From positions 16,492,001 through 16,556,000 of the forward strand of contig OX597835.1 in assembly GCA_951406725.2 (NCBI GenBank): a DNA stretch of 64,000 nucleotides, in the 5' to 3' direction. Within the stretch, counting starts at the first letter, position 1; each line of letters opens with the position of its first letter. The DNA is from Octopus vulgaris (taxonomy: Eukaryota). Below, piece by piece: positions 1 to 13,257 of the stretch. The notes beneath the pieces were generated by a model. It was not told where the DNA came from and made no database searches. It was given only the letters and a program-made list of their open reading frames with translations. The position numbers were made by a program, and so were the translations under genes.

Positions 1-255
1 ACACATACATACATATATACATACATATATATATATACACACATACATACATACATATATATACACATACATACATATATATACACATACATACATATAT
101 ACATACATACACACATACATACATATATACATACATACATACATATATACATACACACATACATACATATATACATACACACATACATACATATATACAT
201 ACATTATATATATATATATATACATACATATATACATACACACATACATACATAT

Positions 256-292
<37 letters not shown>

Positions 293-569
293 CATACATA
301 CATATATACATACATACATATATACATACATATATACATACATATATACATACATATATATACATACATACATATATACATACATACATACATACATATA
401 CATACATATATACATATATATATACATATATATATACATATATATATATACATAGATATATACATACATATATACATATATACATTCACATATATATATA
501 CACTCTGTATGTGCATGTATGTATATAATATATACACACACATAGTTACACATGTATAGAAATACAAAC

Positions 570-600
<31 letters not shown>
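1..600. repeat. Compound (TACA/TA/CA/GT)n microsatellite field
   Basis: Direct reading of the sequence. Confidence 0.95.
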
Positions 601-604
<4 letters not shown>

Positions 605-939
605 CTGCAGTGACTGAGCGATTGACTCTGTGATCCATTAGTTTCCTGGCACAATGGATCTGCAAACTGGGAAGCCTCGTTTCAGCCTTATTAATTGGCG
701 GGGCAACGTATATACACACGTGTCTGCAGAGACCCATACAGAAGTGACAGTCCCAGCTGCCCCGAATGTACTTGAAGGCACTGTCTGCCTCAACTGGACT
801 GCTGCTGATTTCTTTGGTTGAGTGCTTTCCTCCTCCTCCTCCGAAACAAATGTATGTGTGTACATACCGATATGTATAACTATGTCACTATACATACACA
901 TGCATATATATATATATATATATGTCATGTATATATATT

Positions 940-1265
940 CTTTTATTCTTTTACTTGTTTCATTCTTTTGACTGTGTACATGCTGGAGAACCGCCTTGAA
1001 GGGTTTTTTTTTTTTTTTAGATGAAGAAATTGGGCCCCAGGATTTCTTCTTTGTAAGCCTAGGACTTACTCTATCAGTTTCTTTTGCTGAACCACTAAGT
1101 TAGGAGAATGCAAACACACCAATACCAGTTGTCAAACGGTGATGGGGGACAAACACAAACACAGGGCTATGGTAGAAGACAATTGCCCAAGGTACCATGC
1201 AGTGGGACTGAACCTGGAACCATGTGGTTGGGAAGCAAACTGCTTACCACACAACCATGCCTGCA
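940..1265 (-). mobile_element. SINE family A (tRNA-like head, internal microsatellite), degenerate copy
   Basis: Same blocks as the intact copies at 10880-11280 and 62838-63215 (cttttacttgtttc, ttgcccaaggt, gggactgaacc, cttaccacac). Confidence 0.8.
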
Positions 1266-1587
1266 CCTACATAAACACACACACACAAATTTAATGTTTA
1301 TTATAATTGCATGTATTGATATGTGTGTATGTGTGAATGTATGTGTACACACACCCACACAATCATTATTGATTTAACATCCACCATTCCAAGCTAACGT
1401 GAGTCAGATGGAGCTTATTGTGGCAAATTCTCTACAGCTGGATGTTCTTTCTGTCACCAACCCTCACTAGTTTCTGAGCGAATAATTATTTCTCAATGGC
1501 TAGACAAGTTTATGTAGAATACTGGAAACACAAGACACAGCTTGTATGACTAGTGAACATATTACAACCATTACTCAATGTTGATAC

Positions 1588-1881
1588 ATCATCATCATTT
1601 AGCGTCCGCTTTCCATGCTGGCATGGATTGGACGGTTCAACTGGGGTCTGGGAAGCCAGGAGGCTGCACCAGGCCCAGTCTGATCTGGCAGTATTTCTAT
1701 GGCTGGATGCCCTTCCTAATGCCAACCACTCCGTGAGTGGGTGCTTTTTACATGCCACCGGCACAGGTGCCAGATAGGGCTGGCAAACGGCCATGGTCGG
1801 ATGGTGCTTTTTATGTGCCACCGGCACGGGGGCCCGGCGAGACTGGCAACGGCCACGATCGGATGGTGCTTTTTACGTGCC
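1588..1881 (-). mobile_element. SINE-like family E with (ATG)n tail and internal ~63-bp tandem units
   Basis: catcatcatttagcgtccgctttccatgc...ggatgcccttcctaatgccaaccac...gtgctttttacgtgccaccggcac recurs at 9620, 20110, 33910, 41940, 42440 and 52833. Confidence 0.85.
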
Positions 1882-2549
1882 ATCATCTACACACACATAC
1901 ACACAAGGAGACACAAATATATACATGCACATACAGATAACTTCAAATAGTACAATAAGGCTGCTTGCCCTTGTTATAGTCAACTCTTTCAACTGCTTCT
2001 TGCAGTACACAGGGATGTCTTGGTGATACACATAAATGATGGCCTTCTCTCTGCACAAATTCCCTTGGTCAATCAATGCTATGGAAGAAGGCATTTACCT
2101 TATGGTGCCACATAGTGGCATCAACTCCAGAACCTAGTTGCAATACAAAATGCATTCACTTCTACCTCCATTTCTAACCATCTGGTACTCCCTCCTCACA
2201 TTCTTATGACTGCCTCCCCACCACCATAACTTTTTTCTCGGATACTCGCAACTATTCTTCTTATAAAAATACAGAGGTAGCCATGCAGCTTCATAACAGG
2301 ACACCTCTGCTTGTCCCTGGCATAAAGCCACCACATTGTTCTCACAAATACTCCAACTTCCCTGGCTCTTTCCTGGAGACCCAGTGCTCCAAAAAGGCAC
2401 CCAATACACACTGTAAAGTGGTTGGCATTAAGAAGGGCATCCAGCTGTAGAAACCATACCAAAGCTGACATTGCACATGATGCAGCAATCATTTAAAGCC
2501 ATCCAACCTACAGCAGCAGGGAAAATGGATGCTTGATGATGTGATAGAT

Positions 2550-2730
2550 CGTTAGCTACTACACACATTTTTTTCTCTCCTTGTTTTTTTGTGTATCTTT
2601 CTGTAGAAGAGCGTAGGCTCGAAATGTAAAAGTCTTTTTCTATTTCTATTCCTTAGCGCTATACTAATACATTTGTTTGTTTGTACACCACCTGCCTTCG
2701 TCTTTTGTTTATTTTCGTAAACTCTCCCTT
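2550..2730 (+). mobile_element. Penelope-like terminal-repeat remnant with degenerate hammerhead motif
   Basis: tcttt CTGTAGA aGAGC gtag GCTC GAAA tg TA aaag (2596-2632). A related copy lies at about 10690-10860, and both end in (TA)n. Confidence 0.55.
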
Positions 2731-2756
2731 TATATATATATATATATATATATATA

Positions 2757-2961
2757 TCTTTTACTTGTTTCAATTATTAGATCGTGGCCATGCTGGGGCA
2801 CTACTTTGAAGAATTTTCAGTCGAATGAATTGACCCCAGCACTTACTTTCATTTAAAGCCCGATACATATTTTATCAGTCGCTTTTGCTGAACCACTAAA
2901 TTACAAGGACAAAAAACACACTGGTTGTCAAGCAGAGTGGAGGACAAACAGAGACACAAAG

Positions 2962-3005
<44 letters not shown>

Positions 3006-3320
3006 AGGTTTGGAGATGATGTACAGGTATTTTATATTAGTAGAAATGAGTTACTCAGAAAATCGGATGGTTTATATTTACAGATATTTATTTGTATATT
3101 ACATTTTTTATATATATCATATAACTTAGATCATGTATTAGCACTTTCTCCCATTCTAGTGGGGTTTTCAAATCAAACTATATATTATATAGACCATGGA
3201 CTTCTTCCAGTTTCTGTCTATCAAATCCAATCACAAGGCTTCGGGGCGGCTCAAAATGATAGAAGACACTTGCCCAAATGGGACTGAACCTAGAGCCATG
3301 TGTCTGAGAAGCAACATAGC
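2757..3320 (-). mobile_element. SINE family A copy interrupted by an AT-rich insert (about 3001-3190)
   Basis: Family A tail at 2757-2965 and head at 3195-3320 are separated by (TA)n plus unrelated sequence. Confidence 0.7.
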
Positions 3321-4336
3321 CCCCCCACACACACACACACATACACACAAGTGCACATCATGTACGTATGCATACATAATACAGACATACAGGCACACAT
3401 CATTAGAGAATTGAATGGAGGGGGGGGGGGGCACACTTCTTCGGGTAATGAGGAGCCTGACCAAACAGAGACATCATCTGTGGTGAATTAACAGGAAGGA
3501 GGGGGGGTTAGAGTGGATTGACCAGGAGTAAGAAGGGGTCAGTGAAACAGCCACAGTGGAAAGTGAATGAAGGGAAGGAGAGATAGGATGAGTGGTAAGT
3601 GAAAGAGTAGGAGATTAAACAATAAAGGATAAGAGAGGGTGGGAGAAGGAACCGGTCCCCTCCCTCCTTCCACTGAGAGCCTTTGAGGGGATTTGAGAAA
3701 GGGTTAAAATAGAAAGAAAGAGATAAAGAGAAAATTGAAAGGAAAAGAAGAGAGAGAGAGAGAGAGAGGGAGAAAAACAAACAATCCACATGCAGAAGTA
3801 TATATACATAAATAGAGAGTGAGTGAGTGAGAGAGAGAGAGAAAGAGAGAGAGAGAGTGAGGGACACACAGATAGACAGAGAGAAGAAGAGAGTACGCAA
3901 GTAAGAAGAGTACTGCTGCTAGGAAATTAGAATGGAGATGCTAGAGATAGCCAGGAATGTAGAGGTTGTCTGAATCTCTTTCTCTCATATAAACACACAC
4001 ACACACACACATATATATATGCACACACACATATACGTACACACACACATATATATATGCACACACACACACACACACACATATATGCACACACACACAT
4101 ATATGCACACACACACACATATATGCACACACACACACACACATATATATGCACACACACACACATATATATGCACACAAACACACACACATATATATAC
4201 GCGCACACACACACACACACCTAAGTATCCATCTGGCCATCCATCTCTATACATATATGTATATGTGTATACATATATATGAATATACAATTTCTATATA
4301 TATTTACATATATATATTTGCATATATATATATATT

Positions 4337-4378
<42 letters not shown>

Positions 4379-5904
4379 CACACACACACACACATATATA
4401 TACACACACACACACATATATGTACTAGGCATCCAAAGAACAAGTCCCGGGGGTCAATTTGCTAGACCAAAGGCGGCGCTCCAGCACGGCCACAGTCAAA
4501 TGACTGAAACAAGTAAAAAAAGTGTAAAAAAAAAAAAGGATAAATATGGCGGTCCATTGAACACACACATATATATATATATATATACACACGCGCGCGC
4601 ACACACAGACATATATACAGATATTTGTGCACACACGCATATATATAGATAGCATTTTTTTTTTTCCAAATCAGCTTCGCTTTGAGTACTTTAATTTGAC
4701 TGTAGCCTGTTTAGTTCATATGTACTAACATTTATAACTACTATGATGTGTATATCATCATCAACATCATTGCTTTAATGTCCAAATTTGTGTGTGTGTA
4801 TGAGTATATATATATATATGTGTGTGTGTGTGTATAGTATGCATTATGTGTATATATACATACAAATATACACACACTACCTTCACCATGTCTGAAATAC
4901 TAACACAATCACCACAATGTGTGTGTGTGTGTGTGTGCATATGAGTAGATAGGTAAATATATATATATGTGTGTGTGTGTGTGTATAGTATGCATCATGT
5001 GTATATACATACAAATATACACACACTACCATGTCTGAAATACTAACACAATCACCACAATGTATGTGTGTGTGTGTGTGTGTGTATGCAAACACACTCC
5101 CATACATACATTACATGTTTTTATACATCACACACATACACACAATGCAGACACAATAATATAATATATATTAGACGGCACAATTTAGCATCTAGTTAAT
5201 TAAGTTACTATTTACGTATATACACACAGTATACGTCAGTAGTACTATTGTATACCCATGTGTGTAAGTGCCTGTTATCTATATTTTTAGTTTATACTAG
5301 TTAACGCCTGTCTAACTAACCAAACAACATTTCGGTCAGTTAGGGACACAATTTTCAATATGAGATTAGAACATGTTACTTTGGCGTACCAGAGAAGCAT
5401 CGAGCTATAGCAGACATCATAGTAATGTACGAGACTCGTTAATTAATTTTGCAGTCGTTCGTTAGCTACAAGTCAGCTCTCAATGGAGCAAACCTATCAC
5501 CATCGTTATCGTTTTAACAGACATTCTTCCCTGTTAGCATGGGTCAGACAAAATTTGAGATGAGGTGGAAATTTTCTATGGCCAGAAGGCCTTCCTTGTC
5601 GCCCAAACCTCACCTGTTTTCAAAGTAAGGTAATGTATCCCTTTTAGCGAGACATGTTTTCGTGGAAGATTGGAAACAAAGAACCCCCGCTTGCGTGAGA
5701 GTGGCACTTGTTTAAAAATCATGTCATGGCAAGGAGACAGTAATACACACACACACCAGACACACATTGGGTCTCTTTCAGTCTTTCCCTACCAAATTTA
5801 TTGACAAGGTTTTGGCCAGTCCAGGGAAAATGAAGATAGGTACTGACCATCTTACAAAAGAAAACAAAGACAATGCACTACATGGCCCTCTACATATTCT
5901 TTTT

Positions 5905-6220
5905 ATGTTTTACTCGTTTCAGTCATTTGACTGTGGCCATGCTGGGGCACACACCTTCAAGGGTTTCAGTTCAACAAATCAACCCCAGGACTTATTGCTA
6001 AGTCTGCTACTTGTTCTATCAGTCTCTTATGCCAAACTGCTAAGTTATAGGGATGTAAACATACCAAGACTGGTTGTCAAGTGGTGGTGGTGGTGGTGGG
6101 CAACAAACAGACACAAACACATACAGGTTTCAGTTTATGTCTACCAAAACCTACTCACAAGGCTTTCGTTGGGCTAAGGAGTCACACAGGGAAACCTGGA
6201 CCCAGGGACCATGTGGTTGA
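5905..6220 (-). mobile_element. SINE family A, degenerate copy
   Basis: ttttactcgtttcagtcatttgactgtggccatgctgg and later family A blocks. Confidence 0.8.
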
Positions 6221-6547
6221 GAAAAAAAAAAATCTCCGGAAATTGTCACAGGATTTCACAATTAATTTTGATTATTCCCAAAATTTATTTCCAAGTTATA
6301 AAAATAGTTATCGTACAAAAAAATTTGTGGCAGAAAATCACATTAAAAAAAACAAAAAAAAAAACGCTGTAAACAATCGCAGTAATGAAAACCTGGAAAT
6401 CCAAAATTTCAGGATTGCCGGTCCAGATTCAGCCCAGAATGTTTTTAATTTACTCACAGAGTCCGCCTGATTCCAAAATGGTATATGTTGGGCTACGGCC
6501 TCTAGGAGTAAAGTTGGAAAAGTGTGACACACGGATATTTGCATTTA

Positions 6548-6896
6548 TTGTTGTGACCCCCTTCGGTCAGACCACTGACCGTGGGCTTGTACCTAGAGAG
6601 TTACCCTCTGAGGCACAAGTCTGGGCAAGGTTGTTTTTTTATGGAAGACCAGCAGTCGCCCATGCATACCGGCCTCCCCTCTCCACGCCACCAGTATTAT
6701 CCAAGGGAAAGGCAAAGGGGCCGATACAGCTTGGCACCTGTGACGTCGCAACTCATTTCTACAGCTGAGTGAACTGGAGCAACGTGAAATAAAGTGTCTT
6801 GCTCAAGAACACAACACGCAGCCCGGTCCGGGATTCGAACTCACAATCTCACGATCGTAAGCTCGACGCTCTAACCACTGAGTCACGCGCCTTCAC
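6548..6896 (-). mobile_element. tRNA-derived SINE family C (tRNA-Arg-like head)
   Basis: Minus strand reads GTGAAGGCGCGTGACTCAGTGGTTAGAGCG (A box), CTTACGAT (ACG anticodon-like loop), GAGTTCGAATCCC (B box), then gtgttcttgagcaagacactt. A head-truncated second copy lies at 58960-59240. Confidence 0.85.
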
Positions 6897-6922
6897 TTAT
6901 TATATTATTATATTATATTATA

Positions 6923-7315
6923 CTAGCAGTATCGCCCGGCGTTGCTCGGGTTTGTAAGGGAGATAACTATATAAACATTTTTAGAGATGTAAAGTATAAT
7001 AGCCATCTCAATATGGCTAACCACAAAGGGGGTGTTACTGTAGCTTTTTACGTTCTGAGATTTAATAATACATTTTCAGAGAGTTACTTCCCTTATATAA
7101 TAGCAAAAAAATGCATTAAAAATGGGAAAAAATGATGGTAATTTTTTTTTAAATCGTAGACTCATCGTAGACGCGCGCTAATATCCAGAAGGGCTCGATA
7201 TGAATCACGACTATAAGATACCCACTTTTGGTTACACTGCACTGCAAAATGTGGGAGTAGTTAGGAATCTAAATCGTAGGAGACAGACATACAACTTCAC
7301 TTTTATATATAAAGA
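6923..7315 (-). mobile_element. Non-autonomous Helitron
   Basis: Minus strand starts A|TC, ends CTAG|T and has a subterminal hairpin CCCGAGCAACGCCGGG. A near-identical copy lies at 34897-35286. Confidence 0.85.
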
Positions 7316-7423
7316 TATATATATATATATACACGCATATAAAAATAAGAGATGGTCAAAGAATGGTGGGGTTGGACAGGAAACTATTTTAATATTGGCA
7401 TTCACAAGAGGAGCTAATATAGG

Positions 7424-7866
7424 TTAACCTTTTAGCATCTAAACCTTCTGATGCCAATCTATCTTAACTCTTTCATTACTGTATTTATTTTGAGATGCTC
7501 TCCGTTTCTTTCAATTACTTTAAATATAACAAAGAATTTAGTAAAATAACTTAGTTGTCATGAAGCTAGTGTTAGGAATATAAATTGTGACTAAGGTTTG
7601 GTGGAAGATTTTAATTCAGAACTTATGGAAACAAGGCATTAGTACTACAGAGCCAGAACCGGTATCAGCCAGGTTGGTAACGAAAGGGTTAAGGTACATT
7701 TTGTCCTATAATACAAAGTAAGCTATAAAAAAACTTTCCATAAAAATTTCATGTTAATCTATAATCCAAACATCAACTTAAATATGACAAAGATTTTTTA
7801 TAAATTCTTTATTTTTAAAATTTAAAACAGTGAAATTCAACAGAAATATGGTAACGAAAGGGTTAA
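7424..7866. mobile_element. Nested TTAA-flanked piggyBac-like MITEs
   Basis: The inner element 7464-7692 (TTAA ctctttcattac ... gtaacgaaaggg TTAA) belongs to the same family as 55623-56353. The outer element also ends in gtaacgaaagggTTAA at 7866. Confidence 0.7.
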
Positions 7867-8384
7867 ACTGGGAGTATGGAGCCCAAGTATTCAACCTGTT
7901 TTATGTTAAAACTGGTCAGATCCAGCCTTTCACACCTAACCTACAATGCCATTCTAAAAATAAACAAGAAGGGCACTCACAGACACCTTGAAGCTATGAA
8001 ATAATGAGAATAAAGAAGTATTACATTTGAGAGAGTAATCTGAACATGAAAGGGTGAAAGAACTACCAACAACTAAATTTGTCTCTGGCTTCACAGATTT
8101 ATTCGTCCGTTCAGTTAATGTCCACTTTTATATCCTCACATGGGTCAGATGAAATTTGTTGAGACAGATTTCCTATGGTCAAATACCCTTGCTAACCCTC
8201 ACTTGCTTTTAAGCAAGGTAAATATTTCCCCAAAGTGAGGTATGTTTTTCGTAGAAGACTGAAAACAAATAATCTTGTTTGTACGAAATAAACCTCATTT
8301 CTAGGCCTGTTTACTTTCATCAGGTGGTGTCAAGACAAGCTTATACGCAACCATACTCACCCACACACACACAAATATATGCAG

Positions 8385-8585
8385 CACAGATATTTGTCAG
8401 TGAACAGGTCACGGTCTCAAAGCAACAAAAATATTTTGACAAATTAAATTTATATGTTAAAGTGAATCTAACGGTTTTTGTGTGTTTCTTCAATGGCTTA
8501 TAAACACCTTCCACGCTGCAACTGTTTTCGTTCCAGCACACGATCTCAGATCAGGTCACTTGCTATGCAAGTACATCTCCGTAAT
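8385..8585 (+). repeat. Interspersed repeat (unclassified, probably DNA-transposon derived)
   Basis: A reverse-complement copy lies at about 47565-47765 (gagatgtacttgcatagcaagtga...cctgttcactgacaaa). Confidence 0.7.
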
Positions 8586-8777
8586 ATATTATATATACCC
8601 TTTAAATTTGTTTACAGGAAACTTTTTGAATATGCATATAAAAGCTTTGATTCTCTTATGCCAGCTACTGGCTAATGATGCCAACAAGCAATGCCAATTT
8701 TTTGTGGGGTCACACTGAGTTGTACCAATATAATGTAGGATAAATATACTAATAATAATAATAATAATGATAATAAT

Positions 8778-9128
8778 AAGAGCTCTCAGAGAGCGCAAAC
8801 CTTGGCCAAGGCAACACCAATGTCTTCTTAATGATTTTTAAAATGAGAATACCTGAAATAAACTTGACTGCTCTCACAAATGAGAATACTAAAAAATGAA
8901 CTCAACCGCTCTCAAAAATTACATTTAAAAAAAAACAGGAAAAATAATCCAGAATCCTAGTCCGGTATTGGATCGATCCCAAAATCTAATCAGTTCGTGC
9001 CGGTCATGAGGCCAAACAACCCTGAAAGTTTCATCCGAATCCATCCAGCGGTTCTTGAGATATCTTGTCCACGGACAAACAAACATGACTGAAAACAATA
9101 CCTTCACTTTCGCTAAGACGGAGGCAAT
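8778..9128. mobile_element. Helentron-associated (DINE-1/HINE-like) non-autonomous element
   Basis: Terminal hairpin gctctcagagagc, degenerate sub-TIRs (ccttggcc / gacggagg) and a typical core tttcatccgaatccatccagcggttcttgagatatc...acaaacaaac. Flanked by (AAT)n. Confidence 0.55.
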
Positions 9129-9588
9129 AATAATAATAATCCTTAGTTATAAATTCCATATGAGGATTATTATTACTATATATATATAGTAAAATCTACC
9201 CGGTGATATAGGGCATGCCGGGAAAAATTTTACAAACAAACCTATCAAGTAATATGTGAATATAATCAAAAAAGGGTAATAACATAGATTACTACCAGTG
9301 GCCCAGCACAAAAGACGAATTAGTCATTAGACAAAATATTATTCATATAGAAATATAATTAAGGGCTCCTAAATAATTTCAATTATATATATATATATAT
9401 ATGATTGAAATTCATATCATAAGGGCACACGACTCTGCCCTTATGATATGAATTTCAATCATATGGTTATTTAATGCTAATTTAGACCTGCAACTACTTA
9501 TATATTATTATTGCTGTTATTATCAATTATTTATATTGCCCTCGATAATAATATCAATATAAGTATTCACTCCTGAATATTTGCTCCA

Positions 9589-9619
<31 letters not shown>

Positions 9620-9868
9620 CCTGTGTCGGTGGCACGTAAAAAACACCATCCGAGCGTGGCCGTTCGCCAGCCTCGTCTGGCACCTGTGTCGGTGGCACAT
9701 AAAAAGCACCCACTACACTCACGGAGTGGTTGGCGTTGGGAAGGGCATCCCGCTGTAGAAACACTGCCAGATCTGACTGGCCTGGTGCAGCCTTTGGGCT
9801 TCCCAGACCCCAGTTGAACCCTCCAACCCATGCTAGCATGGAAAGCGGACGTTAAACGATGATGATGA

Positions 9869-9870
<2 letters not shown>
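9620..9870 (+). mobile_element. SINE-like family E copy
   Basis: ggtggcacgtaaaaaacaccatcc...ggttggcgttgggaagggcatcc...gaaagcggacgttaaacgatgatgatg. Confidence 0.85.
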
Positions 9871-9915
<45 letters not shown>

Positions 9916-10164
9916 TACATAAAATGTCATGTAGAAAGCACCCAGTACACTCTGCAAGTAGTTGGCATTAGGAAGGGTATCCAGCTGTAGAAATCAACCC
10001 AAAAACAGACTATGGAACCTGGTGCAGCCCCTGGCCTTGCCAGTTCCTGTTAAGCTGCCCAACCCATGCCAGCATGGAAAATGGATGTTAAATGTTGATG
10101 ATGATGTTTTAATATCCACATTTCCATGCTTACATGGGTAGGACATTATTCTTTTGAGGTGTAT

Positions 10165-10380
10165 GGTGGCGAGCTGGCAGAAATGTTAGCAAGCTGGGCG
10201 AAATGCTTAGCGGTATTTTGTCTGTCTTTACGTTCTGAGTTCAAATTCTGCCGAGGTCAACTTTGCCTTTTATCCTTTCGGGTTTGATAAATCACGTACC
10301 ATTTGCGTACTGGGGTCGATTTGATCGACTGCCCCCCCCTCCCCACAATTTCAGGCCTTGTGCCTAGAGTAGAAAAGAAT
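10165..10380 (+). mobile_element. tRNA-derived SINE family B
   Basis: ggtggcgagctggcagaaatgttagc (A box), gagttcaaattc (B box), then gtcaactttgccttttatcctttcggg. Confidence 0.85.
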
Positions 10381-10879
10381 TTTCTTGAGGTGTATTTTTG
10401 TCAGCCAGATGTCCTTCCTGTTGCCAATCCTCACCTGTTTCCAAGGAAGGTAATACTTCTCCATGACCAGACGTTTTTTTTTTCACAGATTAGGAACAAA
10501 GGACACAATTTGTATGGTGACATTCGTTTCCAACTGTCATTCGATGTCAAGACATGGAAACAGTGAAACACACACACACACATGTATATATATCTGCTTC
10601 CTTCAATTTCCATCAGCCTGAGGCTATAGTAGAAGACACAAGCTCCTGTGCGAGTTGGTGTGTGTATATACATACATTGACTGCTAAATCCAAAAGTTTT
10701 TTTTTTTATTCTCTCTGTTTATTTCCTCATGTTCCTTTCTGCTGAAGAGCGTAGGCTCGAAATATAAAAGACTCTCGCATTCCTGAACATCAAACTAATA
10801 CACCTGTTTGTTGTTTACACACCTGTCTTCGTCTTTTGTTTTCCTGAAAATTTTAACTCAATATATACATATATATATA

Positions 10880-11280
10880 CTCTTTTACTCTTTTACTTGT
10901 TTCAGTCATTTGACTGCGGCCATGCTGGAGCACCACCTTTAATCGAGCAACTTGACCCCGGCACTTATTCTTTGTAAGCCCAGTACTTATTCTATCAGTC
11001 TCTTTTGCCGAACCGCTAAGTGACGGGGGACATAAACACACCAGCATCGGTCGTCAAGCAATGCTAGGGGGACAAACACAGACACACAAACACACATGCA
11101 CATATATATATATGAATATATACAACGGGGTTCTTTCAGTTTCTGTCTACCAAATCCACTCACAAGGCATTGGTCGGCCTGGGGCTACAGCAGAAGACAC
11201 TTGCCCAAGATGCCACGCAGTGGAACTGAACCCGGAACCATGTGGTTGGTAAGCAAGCTACTTACCACATAGCCACTCAT
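10880..11280 (-). mobile_element. SINE family A, near full-length copy
   Basis: Head GTGGCTATGTGGTAAG...GGTTCCGGGTTCAGTTCC, internal (TA/TG)n and tail ...gaaacaagtaaaagagtaaaagag. Nearly identical to 43460-43860, 57088-57470 and 62838-63215. It may be one of the published Octopus OK/OR SINEs, but I could not verify this. Confidence 0.9.
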
Positions 11281-11712
11281 GATGGTCTTCTTTCAGTTTC
11301 TGTCTACTAAATCCACTTAAAAGGCTTTGGATGGCCCCGAGAGTTATAGAAGATACCAATCAAAGGTGCTGCACAGTGGGAACAAACCTACAAGTACATG
11401 GAGGGGAAGCAAGCTTCATAACTACACAACCATGCCTGCACCTTGTTAAAAAAAAAAATCATTAAAATGATTAAGTACCAGTCACATACTGGGGTGAGGT
11501 GGGGGTGGGGTGTTGTCTCAATCAATTGTCGCCCACCCACCTACCCATTTCCCCATCCAAACGTGTGACCTGACCTTGTGACGCAGTCTGAAATCAATAT
11601 ACCAGCATCGGCTGATATTTAATTAAGTAATTTCTATAATTTGCATTTGAAATATTTTTAGTTCACAGACACACAGAGATGAACACAGACGAATGCACAT
11701 ATATATATACAC

Positions 11713-11751
<39 letters not shown>

Positions 11752-11806
11752 CATACAAATACATACATATATATGGCACATGAAAATACACTAATGCTTC
11801 TCGTAT

Positions 11807-11841
<35 letters not shown>

Positions 11842-12162
11842 CATACAAATACATACATATATACGGCGCATGAAAATACACTAATGCTTCTCGTATACAA
11901 ATATATATATATATATATATACATACATACAAACACATGTATGCCTATATGATTGGTTTTGTATATATATATACATACATATATACACACATACAAATGA
12001 AAAACAAAAACATGGCGTTGAAGAAATATAAATGTGAAACAGTAAGACAATATCAAATAGAATGGAAAATATAAACAGTGGAAGAAAAGTGTGTATATAC
12101 ACACACACATCACATTTTATATATATATATATATATACACACAGCACATATAGATACATACA

Positions 12163-12214
<52 letters not shown>

Positions 12215-12522
12215 TCTATATTATTTATAAAAGAATTTGTATATGAATATCATAAATTAACTGTTTATACAAATACACCTACACACACATATATATATAC
12301 ACCCACATACATCTATATTATTCATGAAAACAATTGGTAAATAAATATTTAAAATTGTTTTTACGTATATAGAGACATCTCTTTTAGAATCCAAACCTCT
12401 CTGAGCCAGCTGCGATACATTATTTATTGGGATTGTGGATTCAAGCATGGCCGTATGCACTTTTCCCTGATATGAAAACAAGGATGTAGTGCAGTATATC
12501 ATAATTTGGTCATACTGTAGCA

Positions 12523-12719
12523 CAGTGGTTTTCAACCAGGGTTCTGCGGAACCTTAGGGTTCCGCAAGAAGTTACAAAACTGCTAAAATTGGCAGTAATT
12601 TTTAATTCTCCTGTGCAGATATGTGTGCATAAGACTATTAAATTATTGCACAGGGGTTCCTCGAGCCAGTGGAATGTTTCCTTGGGGTTCCGCCCCAGCA
12701 AAAAGTTTGAAAGGCACTG
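12523..12719. mobile_element. hAT-type MITE with 8-bp target site duplication
   Basis: TIRs CAGTGGTTTTCAAC / TTTGAAAGGCACTG, flanked by a perfect CTGTAGCA duplication (12515-12522 and 12720-12727). Confidence 0.9.
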
Positions 12720-12980
12720 CTGTAGCAGAATGGTATAATGTGTGTAATTTTGTTGCATAGTTCTCTTTTAAAAACTGCTCTGAACTTTGGCCATGCTAGT
12801 GCAGCACCTAAAAGGGTTTATTCAAGCAAATCAACTCCAACACTTATTTCTTTAAAAAAATTCTGGTACTTATTTCATCAGACTCCTTTGCTGAACTGCT
12901 ATGTTAGAGGGATGTAAACGAACACCAATTGTCAAGTGGTGAAGGGAACAAATATTAAACAAACACATAACAGAAACCTA

Positions 12981-13257
12981 CAAGGCTTGGTGAGTCTTCT
13001 GACTTGTCAGTTCCTGTGAAACCCTCCAGCATGGAAAATTAATGTTAAATGATGAGGATGATTATACACACACAAGCTTCCTCACAGTTTCCATCTACCA
13101 AATTCAATCACAAGCCACAACAAGGCTTGGTGAGTCTTCTGATTTGTCACTTGCTGTGAAACCGTTCAGAATGGAAAATTAACATTAAATGATGAGGATG
13201 ATTATACACACACAAGCTTCCTCACAGTTTCCATCTACCAAATTCAATCATAAGCCA
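12981..13257. repeat. Tandem duplication of ~140 bp made of SINE fragments
   Basis: caaggcttggtgagtcttctga...ccatctaccaaattcaatca occurs at 12981 and 13121. Confidence 0.9.

Noticed and set aside
6820-6896. Functional tRNA-Arg gene
   Set aside because: It continues into a SINE body with a second copy in the window, and there is no acceptor stem closure or terminator.
8388-8410. IRE-like stem with CAGTGA loop
   Set aside because: It lacks the bulged C, lies in a dispersed repeat, and is far from the ferritin 5' UTR.
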